NCBI GenBank assembly: GCA_025544715.1
Contig: GCA_025544715.1_4109.3
From: Escherichia coli
GTDB taxonomy: Bacteria > Pseudomonadota > Gammaproteobacteria > Enterobacterales > Enterobacteriaceae
Length of the DNA stretch: 64,000 nucleotides
Reading direction: 5' to 3' (one strand)
The position numbers and the translations under genes are program-made. This document shows positions 9,930-18,417 of this stretch, one piece after another; the stretch's first letter is position 1, and each line of letters starts with the position of its first letter. The notes below the pieces were generated by a model. The model made no database searches, was not told the origin of the DNA, and saw only the letters and a list, made by a program, of their open reading frames with translations.

Positions 9930-10889
9930 TTAGAGTGAACTTAACAACAAATCTGCTCGGTTTGTAACTTGACGATACCATAAGGAATTCATGATTTCTT
10001 TTTTAAATTTCTTAGGGTTATCATTTTTTACGCTTTTCCAAAGCTTATTAAACGTAGCCAATTTATCGACACCCATTGTATAGGACATTTCAAAAAGAAT
10101 ACGTTGTTGTTCTTTGGTCAGATTTACTGCTTCTTTTTTCTGCATCAACAATAAAAAGTCATTATATGTTCTTTTCATATCTTGCATTAAAAGTTTATTG
10201 GCTTGAGCTTTGGTAATACCGTTTCTGTACTTAATCGCATCAGATTCTTTTCTACCCAAATAATGCCCATAACCTATTGTATAATTACCTTTCATGTCCT
10301 TGTAGGGATGAAATTTAGAATTGTGGAAAGGAACTCCGACTTTCCCACCAAGTAAACGGCGTTTGTTCTTGGACTGAAATTCAATTGAACCTTCAGCTTC
10401 TTTGATGTGATTGACAATTTCTGGATCATTATAATCAAACAGTACAGTCACATCTGGTAACAATACGTTCTTCAAATCCTCTTTTGTTGGGATAAAGATA
10501 CCCTGAGAAGTATGAAGAGTAGCATTTAAATTGATATTTTTCAACAAAATAACATACTCTTCAAGTTGTACATTTTTAGGTTTAAACTTTTTAGCAATAG
10601 AATAATAACTATCACCAGGTTGAACCGTATAATGCTTCTCGCCGCGTGGAACATCCTTTGATATTTCTACCTTTGGTAATTCCTGCTTTTGAATTTGCGT
10701 AACTTGTGGTTTTAAATTGTGTACCTGACTTTCGTCCGATGATGATACACGATCATTTTGAGAAAAACCATAAAATCCAATCGCAGCGACAAGTACTGTG
10801 CAAACTAGAACACCATAAGTAGTCTTAGTTTTCAGTGCTTTTTTCGCTTGTTTCAAAACGCCTCCTTTGTTGATTGTTAAGATGGGCAA
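9930..10889 (-). CDS. Membrane-anchored LysM plus T4-lysozyme-like (GH24-like) protein
   Basis: N-terminal TM segment, LysM-like HYTVQPGDSYYSIAKKF, C-terminal domain aligning to T4 lysozyme (YKDMKGNYTIGYGH); catalytic Glu position appears to be His. Confidence 0.65.
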   Translation of the reverse strand: MPILTINKGGVLKQAKKALKTKTTYGVLVCTVLVAAIGFYGFSQNDRVSSSDESQVHNLKPQVTQIQKQELPKVEISKDVPRGEKHYTVQPGDSYYSIAKKFKPKNVQLEEYVILLKNINLNATLHTSQGIFIPTKEDLKNVLLPDVTVLFDYNDPEIVNHIKEAEGSIEFQSKNKRRLLGGKVGVPFHNSKFHPYKDMKGNYTIGYGHYLGRKESDAIKYRNGITKAQANKLLMQDMKRTYNDFLLLMQKKEAVNLTKEQQRILFEMSYTMGVDKLATFNKLWKSVKNDNPKKFKKEIMNSLWYRQVTNRADLLLSSL

Positions 10890-11024
10890 TCACAAAGATG
10901 GCAAAGAGGCCATTTGCAAAAGCCTCATCGGACTTTCTACAGTACAAAAACGTTCTTTTCAAATGTTTAAGTAGTATAGCATATTTTTATTTTATTACAA
11001 GACATATTTACTGTAAAAACCACA

Positions 11025-11435
11025 TTAATCGTAGTAGGTTCTACCTACAGTTATGTGATATTTAAAGTACTTGGTTGGTAGTCCTAGTTCGTTTCTAATG
11101 TGTGTGATGAAATCATCTTCAAATTCAATGATAAAGAATGAACCTGGATTCTTTTTATCTTTTACTATCTCAATAGAAGGATTGAACTTTATCTTTACTT
11201 TCATTCCATCGTATTTTTTCCAGAACTCTTCATGTGGTGGTACTTCACCACGCACTATACTAACATGTGCTCCCCATTGAGGATCTTTAACATCAATATG
11301 TAAATCAGTTCTGATGAAGTACTGGTAGTATCTAACCAACTGTAATGGAAGTTGTAGTACTAACCAGAAGTCCTTCTTCTTTTTCATAGTGCCACGATCT
11401 GGATCATACACCAGAGTTCCTTCCATTTCAATCAT
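11025..11435 (-). CDS. 2H phosphoesterase superfamily protein (LigT/Acb1-like)
   Basis: Two H-x-[ST]-x motifs (HVSIV and HITVG) with spacing typical of 2H fold. Confidence 0.5.
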   Translation of the reverse strand: MIEMEGTLVYDPDRGTMKKKKDFWLVLQLPLQLVRYYQYFIRTDLHIDVKDPQWGAHVSIVRGEVPPHEEFWKKYDGMKVKIKFNPSIEIVKDKKNPGSFFIIEFEDDFITHIRNELGLPTKYFKYHITVGRTYYD

Positions 11436-11442
11436 ATGTTAC

Positions 11443-11646
11443 CTATAAAATTACATATATGTTTTTATTTTCAATACGAACATATGTTTCCAAAACATCT
11501 TTCGGAATTTTATTACTTGTTTTGAACCATGTAGTATTCTCTACTAAAACAAAAGTTTCACCTTCAGTTTCACCAAATGTACTTAGTGCATAAATGAAGT
11601 AATTGGGTGATGCACTACAATATATATCAGCATTAATTTCAATCAT
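11443..11646 (-). CDS. Hypothetical protein (67 aa)
   Basis: ORF in array. Confidence 0.35.
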   Translation of the reverse strand: MIEINADIYCSASPNYFIYALSTFGETEGETFVLVENTTWFKTSNKIPKDVLETYVRIENKNIYVIL

Positions 11647-11649
11647 ATG

Positions 11650-11781
11650 TTACACCACAATAAAGCTTAATACAACGAGTGTAATAAACACACCCACGAT
11701 GGCAGTCATTTCTGGGTTTGCATCATATGTATAGCGTATACATTTTAGAAAATCTTTACCAAATTTCTTTAGTCCATTCAT
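11650..11781 (-). CDS. Small tail-anchored membrane peptide (43 aa), not in ORF track
   Basis: Own translation MNGLKKFGKDFLKCIRYTYDANPEMTAIVGVFITLVVLSFIVV; AAGGA RBS upstream; abuts next gene start. Confidence 0.3.
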   Translation of the reverse strand: MNGLKKFGKDFLKCIRYTYDANPEMTAIVGVFITLVVLSFIVV

Positions 11782-11792
11782 ATATTTTCCTT

Positions 11793-12149
11793 TTATTTCT
11801 TGTGTAAAGGTTCATCACTTTCATAATAAATTGTATCATTATTTCGCTCTATAGTAAAGCTCTTTTGACACAACTCTTCAGCTAAACCCTTTGCATAGTT
11901 TAATACATCTCGGTTGAGATATACTTCTTCTTTTGGAAAGCGTGGGTACTGAATAATACGAGCACACATCCCACTTTCAAGACCACCCGTGTAGATGTAT
12001 TCACACGGAATCAATTGTACACAAAAACCAAGATTGAATGCAAACTTTCTTGTGTACTCTCTTGCTGTTTGAATATCACCAGCAATATGGATATTCCAGT
12101 ACTGTGTCTCCACTGTACCTTTATCGATGTATTTCATACTCATCTCCAA
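11793..12149 (-). CDS. Hypothetical protein (118 aa)
   Basis: ORF in array. Confidence 0.45.
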   Translation of the reverse strand: MEMSMKYIDKGTVETQYWNIHIAGDIQTAREYTRKFAFNLGFCVQLIPCEYIYTGGLESGMCARIIQYPRFPKEEVYLNRDVLNYAKGLAEELCQKSFTIERNNDTIYYESDEPLHKK

Positions 12150-12166
12150 TTATAGCACTAAAAATC

Positions 12167-12556
12167 TCACTTTCCCAACTCTTCTATGATTCTTTTTATT
12201 GAATCATGATTTTCCAGACATAAAGTACTGTAATTTCTGCCAGTTTTTTCATTGAGGTCGTCGATTTCAATCATAAGATATCCATATGTAATATCTTGAA
12301 CCCTACTTCGTTTTACCCTTGAGTACAGCTTGATTGGTACTGATACACGAGTATTCAAAAACAATTCAGATAAATCATAACGATACACCAGGTATTCATT
12401 CTTGTAACGCTTACGACTGTAAGATTCTAAACACTGCGGATAACGTCTATCAAAAATACTGGTCCTTAGCTGAAGATTCATCGGATCTAACTTATGTGAG
12501 TAATATTTTTTAATTATTTTCTCAAAACGCTTAATGTGACGTTTCTTCCATCTCAT
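12167..12556 (-). CDS. Hypothetical basic protein (129 aa)
   Basis: ORF in array. Confidence 0.45.
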   Translation of the reverse strand: MRWKKRHIKRFEKIIKKYYSHKLDPMNLQLRTSIFDRRYPQCLESYSRKRYKNEYLVYRYDLSELFLNTRVSVPIKLYSRVKRSRVQDITYGYLMIEIDDLNEKTGRNYSTLCLENHDSIKRIIEELGK

Positions 12557-13050
12557 GTTCTAACTCCTTTCAATAATACAATAGGAAAATACTGTGTATC
12601 TGTATCAGAAATACTATTACAGTACTCAATAATTTCTTGATGGAGTGTGTTTATATAAATGCTAGGATATGGAATTGGTGTTTGTATTAGTCCAGAACTA
12701 TAAACACAATCAGTTCTTTGACAATCAATATAGTGTGTTGTCGGTATACCTTTACCACGTTCCTCAACTACAATTGAGTACGTGTCAGCAATAAAAATGA
12801 ACGCATTGTTAATTGATACATATTGGAGGGAATACACATCATCATGAACTTCAATCAAAGGACCATCAAAATTCATCAATACCGAACGGCGATATCCTAA
12901 CACATCACTCATTGCATCGAACTGTTCCTGTGATGAAAGATAACAAAAACACGTATCACGACATACGTCAATAAAACGCTTAAATGTTTCTGTTTCTATA
13001 AGCATATAATTTTCCTTAAAAAAGACCCCACATAGTGAGGTCAAATACAT
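12553..13050 (-). CDS. Hypothetical protein (165 aa)
   Basis: ORF in array; ATGA-type overlap. Confidence 0.45.
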   Translation of the reverse strand: MYLTSLCGVFFKENYMLIETETFKRFIDVCRDTCFCYLSSQEQFDAMSDVLGYRRSVLMNFDGPLIEVHDDVYSLQYVSINNAFIFIADTYSIVVEERGKGIPTTHYIDCQRTDCVYSSGLIQTPIPYPSIYINTLHQEIIEYCNSISDTDTQYFPIVLLKGVRT

Positions 13051-13275
13051 TTAATCGTTATCATCATCCAATGCGTCACGGTAAACATAATAAACATGTG
13101 CACCTAGCAGAGCAATAAGTACAATAAAGACTAACCAGAATGGTACAAAATGCAGTACTAGAGAAAACGCCAGTACTGTAATAACCATTACAACTGAACT
13201 GAAAATAAGACTGACTGCTTTTTCAAATCCAGATAGTAAATTTTTAAAGATTTTTTTCATAAATGAATCAACCAT
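13051..13275 (-). CDS. Small membrane protein (74 aa)
   Basis: Two hydrophobic helices. Confidence 0.45.
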   Translation of the reverse strand: MVDSFMKKIFKNLLSGFEKAVSLIFSSVVMVITVLAFSLVLHFVPFWLVFIVLIALLGAHVYYVYRDALDDDND

Positions 13276-13618
13276 TTTTAATCCTCAAGAAAGTATGCTT
13301 ACATTTTAGTTTATTACCATAGAATGAAATAGGAACATTAAACATTTCAATCTTATCTTCTTTCAACAAACGTAGAATATCAGGATCGTTTTTTGTTTGA
13401 ATACAATGAAGACCATTAACCTGAATTTCTAAACCTTTCTTTAGATATTCATAAATTTTTTGACGACGCATCCCGCCATAACTATCATTATGCACCACAT
13501 CACGTAGTTCTTTATATTCTTGCTTCAATGCTCGGTCTACAAGTGTTCCATCTTTCTTCCTGATCTCTGCAATACATTTATATTGATTTGAACCTCTAAG
13601 AGCCATGCTGTACCTCAT
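13268..13618 (-). CDS. Hypothetical protein (116 aa)
   Basis: ORF in array. Confidence 0.45.
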   Translation of the reverse strand: MRYSMALRGSNQYKCIAEIRKKDGTLVDRALKQEYKELRDVVHNDSYGGMRRQKIYEYLKKGLEIQVNGLHCIQTKNDPDILRLLKEDKIEMFNVPISFYGNKLKCKHTFLRIKNG

Positions 13619-14075
13619 TAGGGTATTTTTTCATCAATTCGTGTAAACGCTGAATCTCTTGTTCTTTTTTTCTATCACTCTCGTATTTTCGAGAAAGTTT
13701 CTTTTTTGTATTTGCTTCTTCTAATCTAATATCAGTACAGAATTTGTCATTTTTTAAAAAATTCTTACGCAATGCATTGTAAACAGCATTGAAATCGTTT
13801 CCTAATTCTTTAGAAGTGTCAGTGTAATTATGAAAATATATGTTATTTGTCATATTTACATGTTCAATTACTGCACCATTATGAGTTACGATAAACATTA
13901 TATCGCCATACTGTTCATGTGGTTCTGTACGATACAGATATATATGTTTACGTAGATAATCTTTTAATTCATGTTCAATGCCACTTTGTTCATAACTTTG
14001 ATATACTAAAACCTCACCATCAGTTGAACTGTTGTCAGATTCATATGGTTCGCGGATAATTATAAGATTATACAT
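13596..14075 (-). CDS. Hypothetical protein (159 aa)
   Basis: ORF in array. Confidence 0.45.
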   Translation of the reverse strand: MYNLIIIREPYESDNSSTDGEVLVYQSYEQSGIEHELKDYLRKHIYLYRTEPHEQYGDIMFIVTHNGAVIEHVNMTNNIYFHNYTDTSKELGNDFNAVYNALRKNFLKNDKFCTDIRLEEANTKKKLSRKYESDRKKEQEIQRLHELMKKYPNEVQHGS

Positions 14076-14083
14076 ATTACTCC

Positions 14084-14365
14084 TTATACCGGAGATACGG
14101 TACTCAACATTAGTAAAGCTGTATTTTCATCAATTTCATGATATTTGTCACACACAAGAGTTTCCAACAAATCAGGATGATAATAATAATGTTCATAATC
14201 AGTATCATTAGGAATATGATGATATACAAATACAATATCAAACACATCATCATCATTTTCACTTTTGAAACGCTTTAATTCATCTACACTTTCAACAAAG
14301 CCATATTCTTCAAAAGCAGTTGTACCATCTGGTAGTTTCATCCATGCACTTGCAACAATTTTCAT
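14084..14365 (-). CDS. Hypothetical protein (93 aa)
   Basis: ORF in array. Confidence 0.4.
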   Translation of the reverse strand: MKIVASAWMKLPDGTTAFEEYGFVESVDELKRFKSENDDDVFDIVFVYHHIPNDTDYEHYYYHPDLLETLVCDKYHEIDENTALLMLSTVSPV

Positions 14366-14382
14366 AAATTTGTGAATCCTTA

Positions 14383-14967
14383 TTATTTTGTAATGTTTAG
14401 TTTAGAAACGAAGTATTCTTTGGCTTCTTCATATGTCATTGAAGTATACATAGGATTCCATTTATCGTCAATATCCATAAGTACTTTAACTTCCATTACA
14501 TCTTCTGGTGTATAGAATTGCCATGTATTGTGATCTGGCTCATAGTTAGGGTCCAGTACAAAAACCGTACCATCCTGACCATAAACTTCTCCATCCTCTA
14601 ATAGCTCACGGAAGAAATCTTCTCCAGTAGTTGGGTCTTCGTATGCATTATAAAAACGAAAAACAACATTCTCAACATCAGTTTGGGTAGTACCATCGTC
14701 TTCATCATATTCCACCAAACGGTCCTGATGAAATACTAGGTCAATAGCACCAATGCGAGGTTTATTATGTGGAGTTTTGATTTCTTGCTGGGAATTCAAA
14801 TCAATACGTTCAGTGCTGATGAATACTCCACTAGGGGTAATTTCAATACCAGACACATTTTCTGGTGAATAGTAAGCGTCACACATGTCATCAATGTGCA
14901 TGTGCTCATGATACACTTCCATTTCAGGATTCTGCATCAACAGTGCTGCTAAGTCTTTTGCTTTCAA
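14383..14967 (-). CDS. Hypothetical protein, paralog of 15337-15999
   Basis: Shared N-terminus (MKxxELAxLL..P) and TPSGVF / DPNTW blocks. Confidence 0.5.
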   Translation of the reverse strand: MKAKDLAALLMQNPEMEVYHEHMHIDDMCDAYYSPENVSGIEITPSGVFISTERIDLNSQQEIKTPHNKPRIGAIDLVFHQDRLVEYDEDDGTTQTDVENVVFRFYNAYEDPTTGEDFFRELLEDGEVYGQDGTVFVLDPNYEPDHNTWQFYTPEDVMEVKVLMDIDDKWNPMYTSMTYEEAKEYFVSKLNITK

Positions 14968-15356
14968 TCTTCAATCTCCATAGAATTATCATCATCATAA
15001 TCATCACTGGTGTACTTAGTTTTTACCTCAATACCATTCTCATGTAGGTATGTGATAAAACCATTACCATAAACGAATTGATTATAATATGTATTTTCTT
15101 CTACATGTGCATCATAATCATCTTCATAATATGTGGGTATTGTAACATCATGACCGACACTTTGCAAGTACTGGAACAATTCTTTCAGTACTACTTCGAT
15201 ATCACCTTCTTCTGTGCCATAACAGTAAGCAGGTTCACCATGAGTGAATTTGAAACCTTTACAGGAAACTGTATAAATATCACTCATTTGTATACCACAA
15301 TCATCACATTCATGTATAGAACAATGCTGGTGGAATTTAATCTTTTTGATTTGCAT
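14964..15356 (-). CDS. Hypothetical Cys/acidic-rich protein (130 aa)
   Basis: ORF in array. Confidence 0.45.
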   Translation of the reverse strand: MQIKKIKFHQHCSIHECDDCGIQMSDIYTVSCKGFKFTHGEPAYCYGTEEGDIEVVLKELFQYLQSVGHDVTIPTYYEDDYDAHVEENTYYNQFVYGNGFITYLHENGIEVKTKYTSDDYDDDNSMEIED

Positions 15357-15999
15357 TTAGAAATTCACCAATTTTGGTAGTTGATGCTTTAACATTGAAT
15401 TCAGAATCAGGAAAATCTTTAGAAAATGATTCATTTTGTTCTTGTGAAAGTTCTTTTTTCGGTGGAAATAACATTTTGGCTAAATTTTTACCACATTCAA
15501 TTGCTTCATCATATGACATATTTTCCCATGTTTCATGCCAAGTATTAGGATCATATTCTGTCAGTACTGAAATGAAATCAATATCATCAGATGTATAACA
15601 AACAGCATGTTGATTAGAGAATTGTGTTGATTGATTTTTACCTAATAAAACAATTGGCTTTTCATAAGGAATGTTAAATACCAACCCATATTCTAAGCTA
15701 AGAACAGTTTGAATATGTGAACCCTCCAATTTTGGAGTAATAGTACCATCCTTAAAAAAAATTTGGACGTGACCCAAGAGTGGTGTATGGTATGGAGTAA
15801 GTACATTTTCATAATCTAATGTGGTTTTTACTGTGGTGAAAATACCAGATGGTGTAACCATTAATCTATTATCAAAATTCTGATAATGCAAGTCACTCTC
15901 TGCATCATAATGAAAAATGTCTAGATTCGGTTGAGACAGTAGTAATTTTGCTAATTCATGCGATTTCATATTATTTCTCCAAAAGAAAAGGAGAGTCAT
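15337..15999 (-). CDS. Hypothetical protein, paralog of 14383-14967
   Basis: See 14383-14967. Confidence 0.5.
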   Translation of the reverse strand: MTLLFFWRNNMKSHELAKLLLSQPNLDIFHYDAESDLHYQNFDNRLMVTPSGIFTTVKTTLDYENVLTPYHTPLLGHVQIFFKDGTITPKLEGSHIQTVLSLEYGLVFNIPYEKPIVLLGKNQSTQFSNQHAVCYTSDDIDFISVLTEYDPNTWHETWENMSYDEAIECGKNLAKMLFPPKKELSQEQNESFSKDFPDSEFNVKASTTKIGEFLNANQKD

Positions 16000-16010
16000 A
16001 GCGACTCTCC
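15981..16010 (-). terminator. Rho-independent terminator
   Basis: Hairpin GGAGAGTC-loop-GACTCTCC then TTTTCTTTT. Confidence 0.6.
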
Positions 16011-16017
16011 ATATAGT

Positions 16018-16458
16018 TTATTGTAAAACTTTAAGTTTGTAAAGTGTTCCTTCAACAAAACTCATAATATCTTCTAATGTGTTTACACTGCCGTAATCAC
16101 CCGATTCTTCAAGCATATCATGAATTGCTCTGCATTGCTCAACATATTCTTCAAGAATTGGTACACAATCTTCAATTGGTGTAAAACGATAACTATTACC
16201 AGTCCCAACTTGTAAAGCACCACGATTATTCATGATACCTTCAACAAATGCGTCTACATATTCTGGTAATTCTTTATATAGTTCATCTAATTGTAAATGC
16301 TTTGTATAAAAATGACATTGTAAGTGCCAGTTATGTGCAGCAGAACTTAAAAACAAACTATTTTCAATAAAAGTTAATAGTACTTCATCATATGAATTAT
16401 CTTCTTCAGTACTTCCGATAAAGTCCATTACGTGTCGTAAATCATTAATATCTTCCAT
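16018..16458 (-). CDS. Hypothetical protein (146 aa); possibly ferritin/Dps-like helical
   Basis: ORF in array; His/Glu-rich helical pattern, weak. Confidence 0.4.
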   Translation of the reverse strand: MEDINDLRHVMDFIGSTEEDNSYDEVLLTFIENSLFLSSAAHNWHLQCHFYTKHLQLDELYKELPEYVDAFVEGIMNNRGALQVGTGNSYRFTPIEDCVPILEEYVEQCRAIHDMLEESGDYGSVNTLEDIMSFVEGTLYKLKVLQ

Positions 16459-16490
16459 AATATCTCTCCTTAGAGTTATTCTCTTATTAT

Positions 16491-16919
16491 TTAGTTAATA
16501 ATAAAGGTAATTTCAGGATTCATTTCCGAAACTGCATTTCGTTTACTTCTATCCCATAGTATTCTGTTATTATACAAAGAAGAATCACATACTACAAGTA
16601 AGCAATGTCTTAATCTACTTACAGTACTTTGATTATTTAAATCAGTTTCTGAAATAAAAAATACATTTTCAGGAACTATTAAAGGAATAGATTTATCAAA
16701 AAACAAAACTACAATAGGTCTTGTTGTATGAACTGATTTAACGAAATCCAAAATACTATTATAAAAATTACTTTCTTTATTAATTACTGACGGATCTTTA
16801 ATTCTTTTCAAATATTGCTGTGGTAATTGATGTTCGTCTTTTATCTGGAACTCAAAATATTCTTTGAATAACATTTGTGTTAATTCAGATTTATCGGATA
16901 TTTTCGTTGTGTTACTCAT
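16491..16919 (-). CDS. Hypothetical protein (142 aa)
   Basis: ORF directly downstream of the non-coding structured region. Confidence 0.45.
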   Translation of the reverse strand: MSNTTKISDKSELTQMLFKEYFEFQIKDEHQLPQQYLKRIKDPSVINKESNFYNSILDFVKSVHTTRPIVVLFFDKSIPLIVPENVFFISETDLNNQSTVSRLRHCLLVVCDSSLYNNRILWDRSKRNAVSEMNPEITFIIN

Positions 16920-17058
16920 TCACTTCGTTCTCTCGTAACTCAAGAAGTCACTGCGTTTACTTCGTAAACTAGTTCCTTCTGAAAATGATAATGTACTTTA
17001 AAAACTTGACGGGATTTGTTGAGGACTATTACATCCCCCCGCAGGGGAATGAAGGTAA

Positions 17059-17082
17059 TAAAAAAGAGACAATTAAGTCTCT
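17059..17082 (-). terminator. Rho-independent terminator at 3' end of ORF-free region
   Basis: Hairpin AGAGAC-TTAATT-GTCTCT then T6. Confidence 0.55.
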
Positions 17083-17122
17083 CTTGACGATGATGGCATC
17101 GGATATTATCGAATTGCGAATT

Positions 17123-17151
17123 TCTCAAATTTTGGACGGATCTTTCTTGTA
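17123..17151. repeat. Direct repeat unit A (TCTCAAATTTTGGACG-N4-TTTCTTGTA) with stem AAATTTTGG/CCAAAATTT
   Basis: 25/29 nt identical to unit B at 17275-17303. Confidence 0.6.
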
Positions 17152-17274
17152 CCAAAATTTAGAGAGCGAAAGCGGGTTGCTCGGTTTCTCTCTATCGCAG
17201 TCATATGCAACGGTCGCTGGTCTTTTCATCAACAGCACTCAGTACTAACTCTATTCGATCAAAGTAGTACCTGT

Positions 17275-17303
17275 TCTCAAATTTTGGACGCAACTTTCTT
17301 GTA
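17275..17303. repeat. Direct repeat unit B with stem GGACGCAA/TTGCGTCC
   Basis: See unit A; similar loop sequence CTTTCTTGTA. Confidence 0.6.
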
Positions 17304-17608
17304 AAATTGCGTCCGCTATTCTTAAACTCCCTTAGCAAATCTGGTAAGGTGCGAACCTTATACATCTATCTAGGAACTCTCTGTATGCTTATCGGAGTTC
17401 TTTATACAGCCGTGTCGCCGTGATTCGTGGTCTTACATCGTGTTTGTTTAAATGCCAGTACTCTAACAGGTTTCTTCTGCTGTTCGCTACAACGGTAAAG
17501 CTCATCTATCCTTTACATTTTCAAGAGAAGTAGGTTCTCAGTGTCCATTTTTCAATGTCCGTTGTCATTTTCTATATACATTATATCATTGGAACATATA
17601 ATGTCCCA

Positions 17609-18082
17609 TTACATGTATACTTTTTTTAAATCCTTAGAACAACGATCAAAAATTGTGTTTATGAATTCAACATCTTCGATAATATTCGAATCGTTAGCAA
17701 CATTTTCATTTCTTGTCGTATTCCTATATGTGTGTTCAGGATGATTGTATACCACCTTGACTACATTATTTAGGTCTATAAAATTTGACGTTTTTTGCGT
17801 ATAGGAAGCCTGAAGCTTGATGAGTTTACCATCATTCTCAAGATTGGTTTTATGAATTAGTTCTTCAATGCCAGTTAAATGGCTATAGCTATCTTTTTCT
17901 TTTACAAAAGTAATAGTAACAAGAACTGCTTTCTCATCTCCCATATCGGAAATGTTTTTTACAGCACTGATAATTTCTAAGTTTGAAAAATCTAATTCTT
18001 TAAGCATTTTACAAATATTTCCACAAAGTTCGATAAGTGATAATTTCTTCTCTGGTAACAGAAACTTCATTGCACTTAACAC
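17609..18082 (-). CDS. Hypothetical protein (157 aa; likely true start at 18007, 132 aa)
   Basis: Internal ATG at 18007 lies 1 nt past the upstream gene stop. Confidence 0.45.
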   Translation of the reverse strand: MLSAMKFLLPEKKLSLIELCGNICKMLKELDFSNLEIISAVKNISDMGDEKAVLVTITFVKEKDSYSHLTGIEELIHKTNLENDGKLIKLQASYTQKTSNFIDLNNVVKVVYNHPEHTYRNTTRNENVANDSNIIEDVEFINTIFDRCSKDLKKVYM

Positions 18083-18365
18083 CGTCAGTTTCAGTACTGA
18101 ATGGTTGTACTAGTCTATCTTCTGTTAAACCTCGTTCATAAGTACAATGATAAAACTTATTTGTGCTCATGTCAAGAAATACGAGATCAAATTCTTCAGT
18201 CCACCTTCTGTGTCCTTTGCTTTCATTGCAGATGATTTTATATTTTACATCTGGTTTAAAAGTTTCAGTACTGTCATCCCATGCACCATAGTCAGTATAT
18301 TCATCATCTTCATCTAACTCTGCTAGATGCCACATTAATTGTGGTAAAAAGATTTTAGATTTCAT
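18009..18365 (-). CDS. Hypothetical protein (118 aa)
   Basis: ORF in array. Confidence 0.45.
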   Translation of the reverse strand: MKSKIFLPQLMWHLAELDEDDEYTDYGAWDDSTETFKPDVKYKIICNESKGHRRWTEEFDLVFLDMSTNKFYHCTYERGLTEDRLVQPFSTETDGVKCNEVSVTREEIITYRTLWKYL

Positions 18366-18376
18366 TTATTTTCTCC

Positions 18377-18404
18377 AAAAAAAAGGACTTGAATACTCAA
18401 GTCC
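18377..18404 (-). terminator. Rho-independent terminator
   Basis: Hairpin GGACTTGA-loop-TCAAGTCC then T8. Confidence 0.65.
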
Positions 18405-18417
18405 CTATAATATCATA

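Larger units (their letters stand above)
17059..17608 (-). other. ORF-free structured region: candidate ncRNA or replication-origin element
   Basis: ~550 bp without plausible minus-strand ORF in an otherwise gene-dense array; higher local GC; two hairpin-forming direct repeats; terminator at its 3' end. Confidence 0.35.

Noticed and set aside
16985-17248. Plus-strand ORF (87 aa) inside the ORF-free region
   Set aside because: No RBS, opposite to all neighbouring genes, lies across predicted hairpins and a minus-strand terminator; likely a chance ORF.
17123-17303. Possible CRISPR-like array from the two direct repeats in the ORF-free region
   Set aside because: Only two imperfect copies 152 bp apart, no regular spacer structure and no cas genes; more consistent with paired stem-loops of an RNA or origin element.
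16920-17608. tRNA genes in the non-coding region (expected given the CCA-adding enzyme)
   Set aside because: No T-loop (GGTTCGAATCC-like) or cloverleaf arrangement found on either strand by eye; the GGTTCGCACC segment forms a simple tetraloop hairpin. A proper tRNA scan is still needed.
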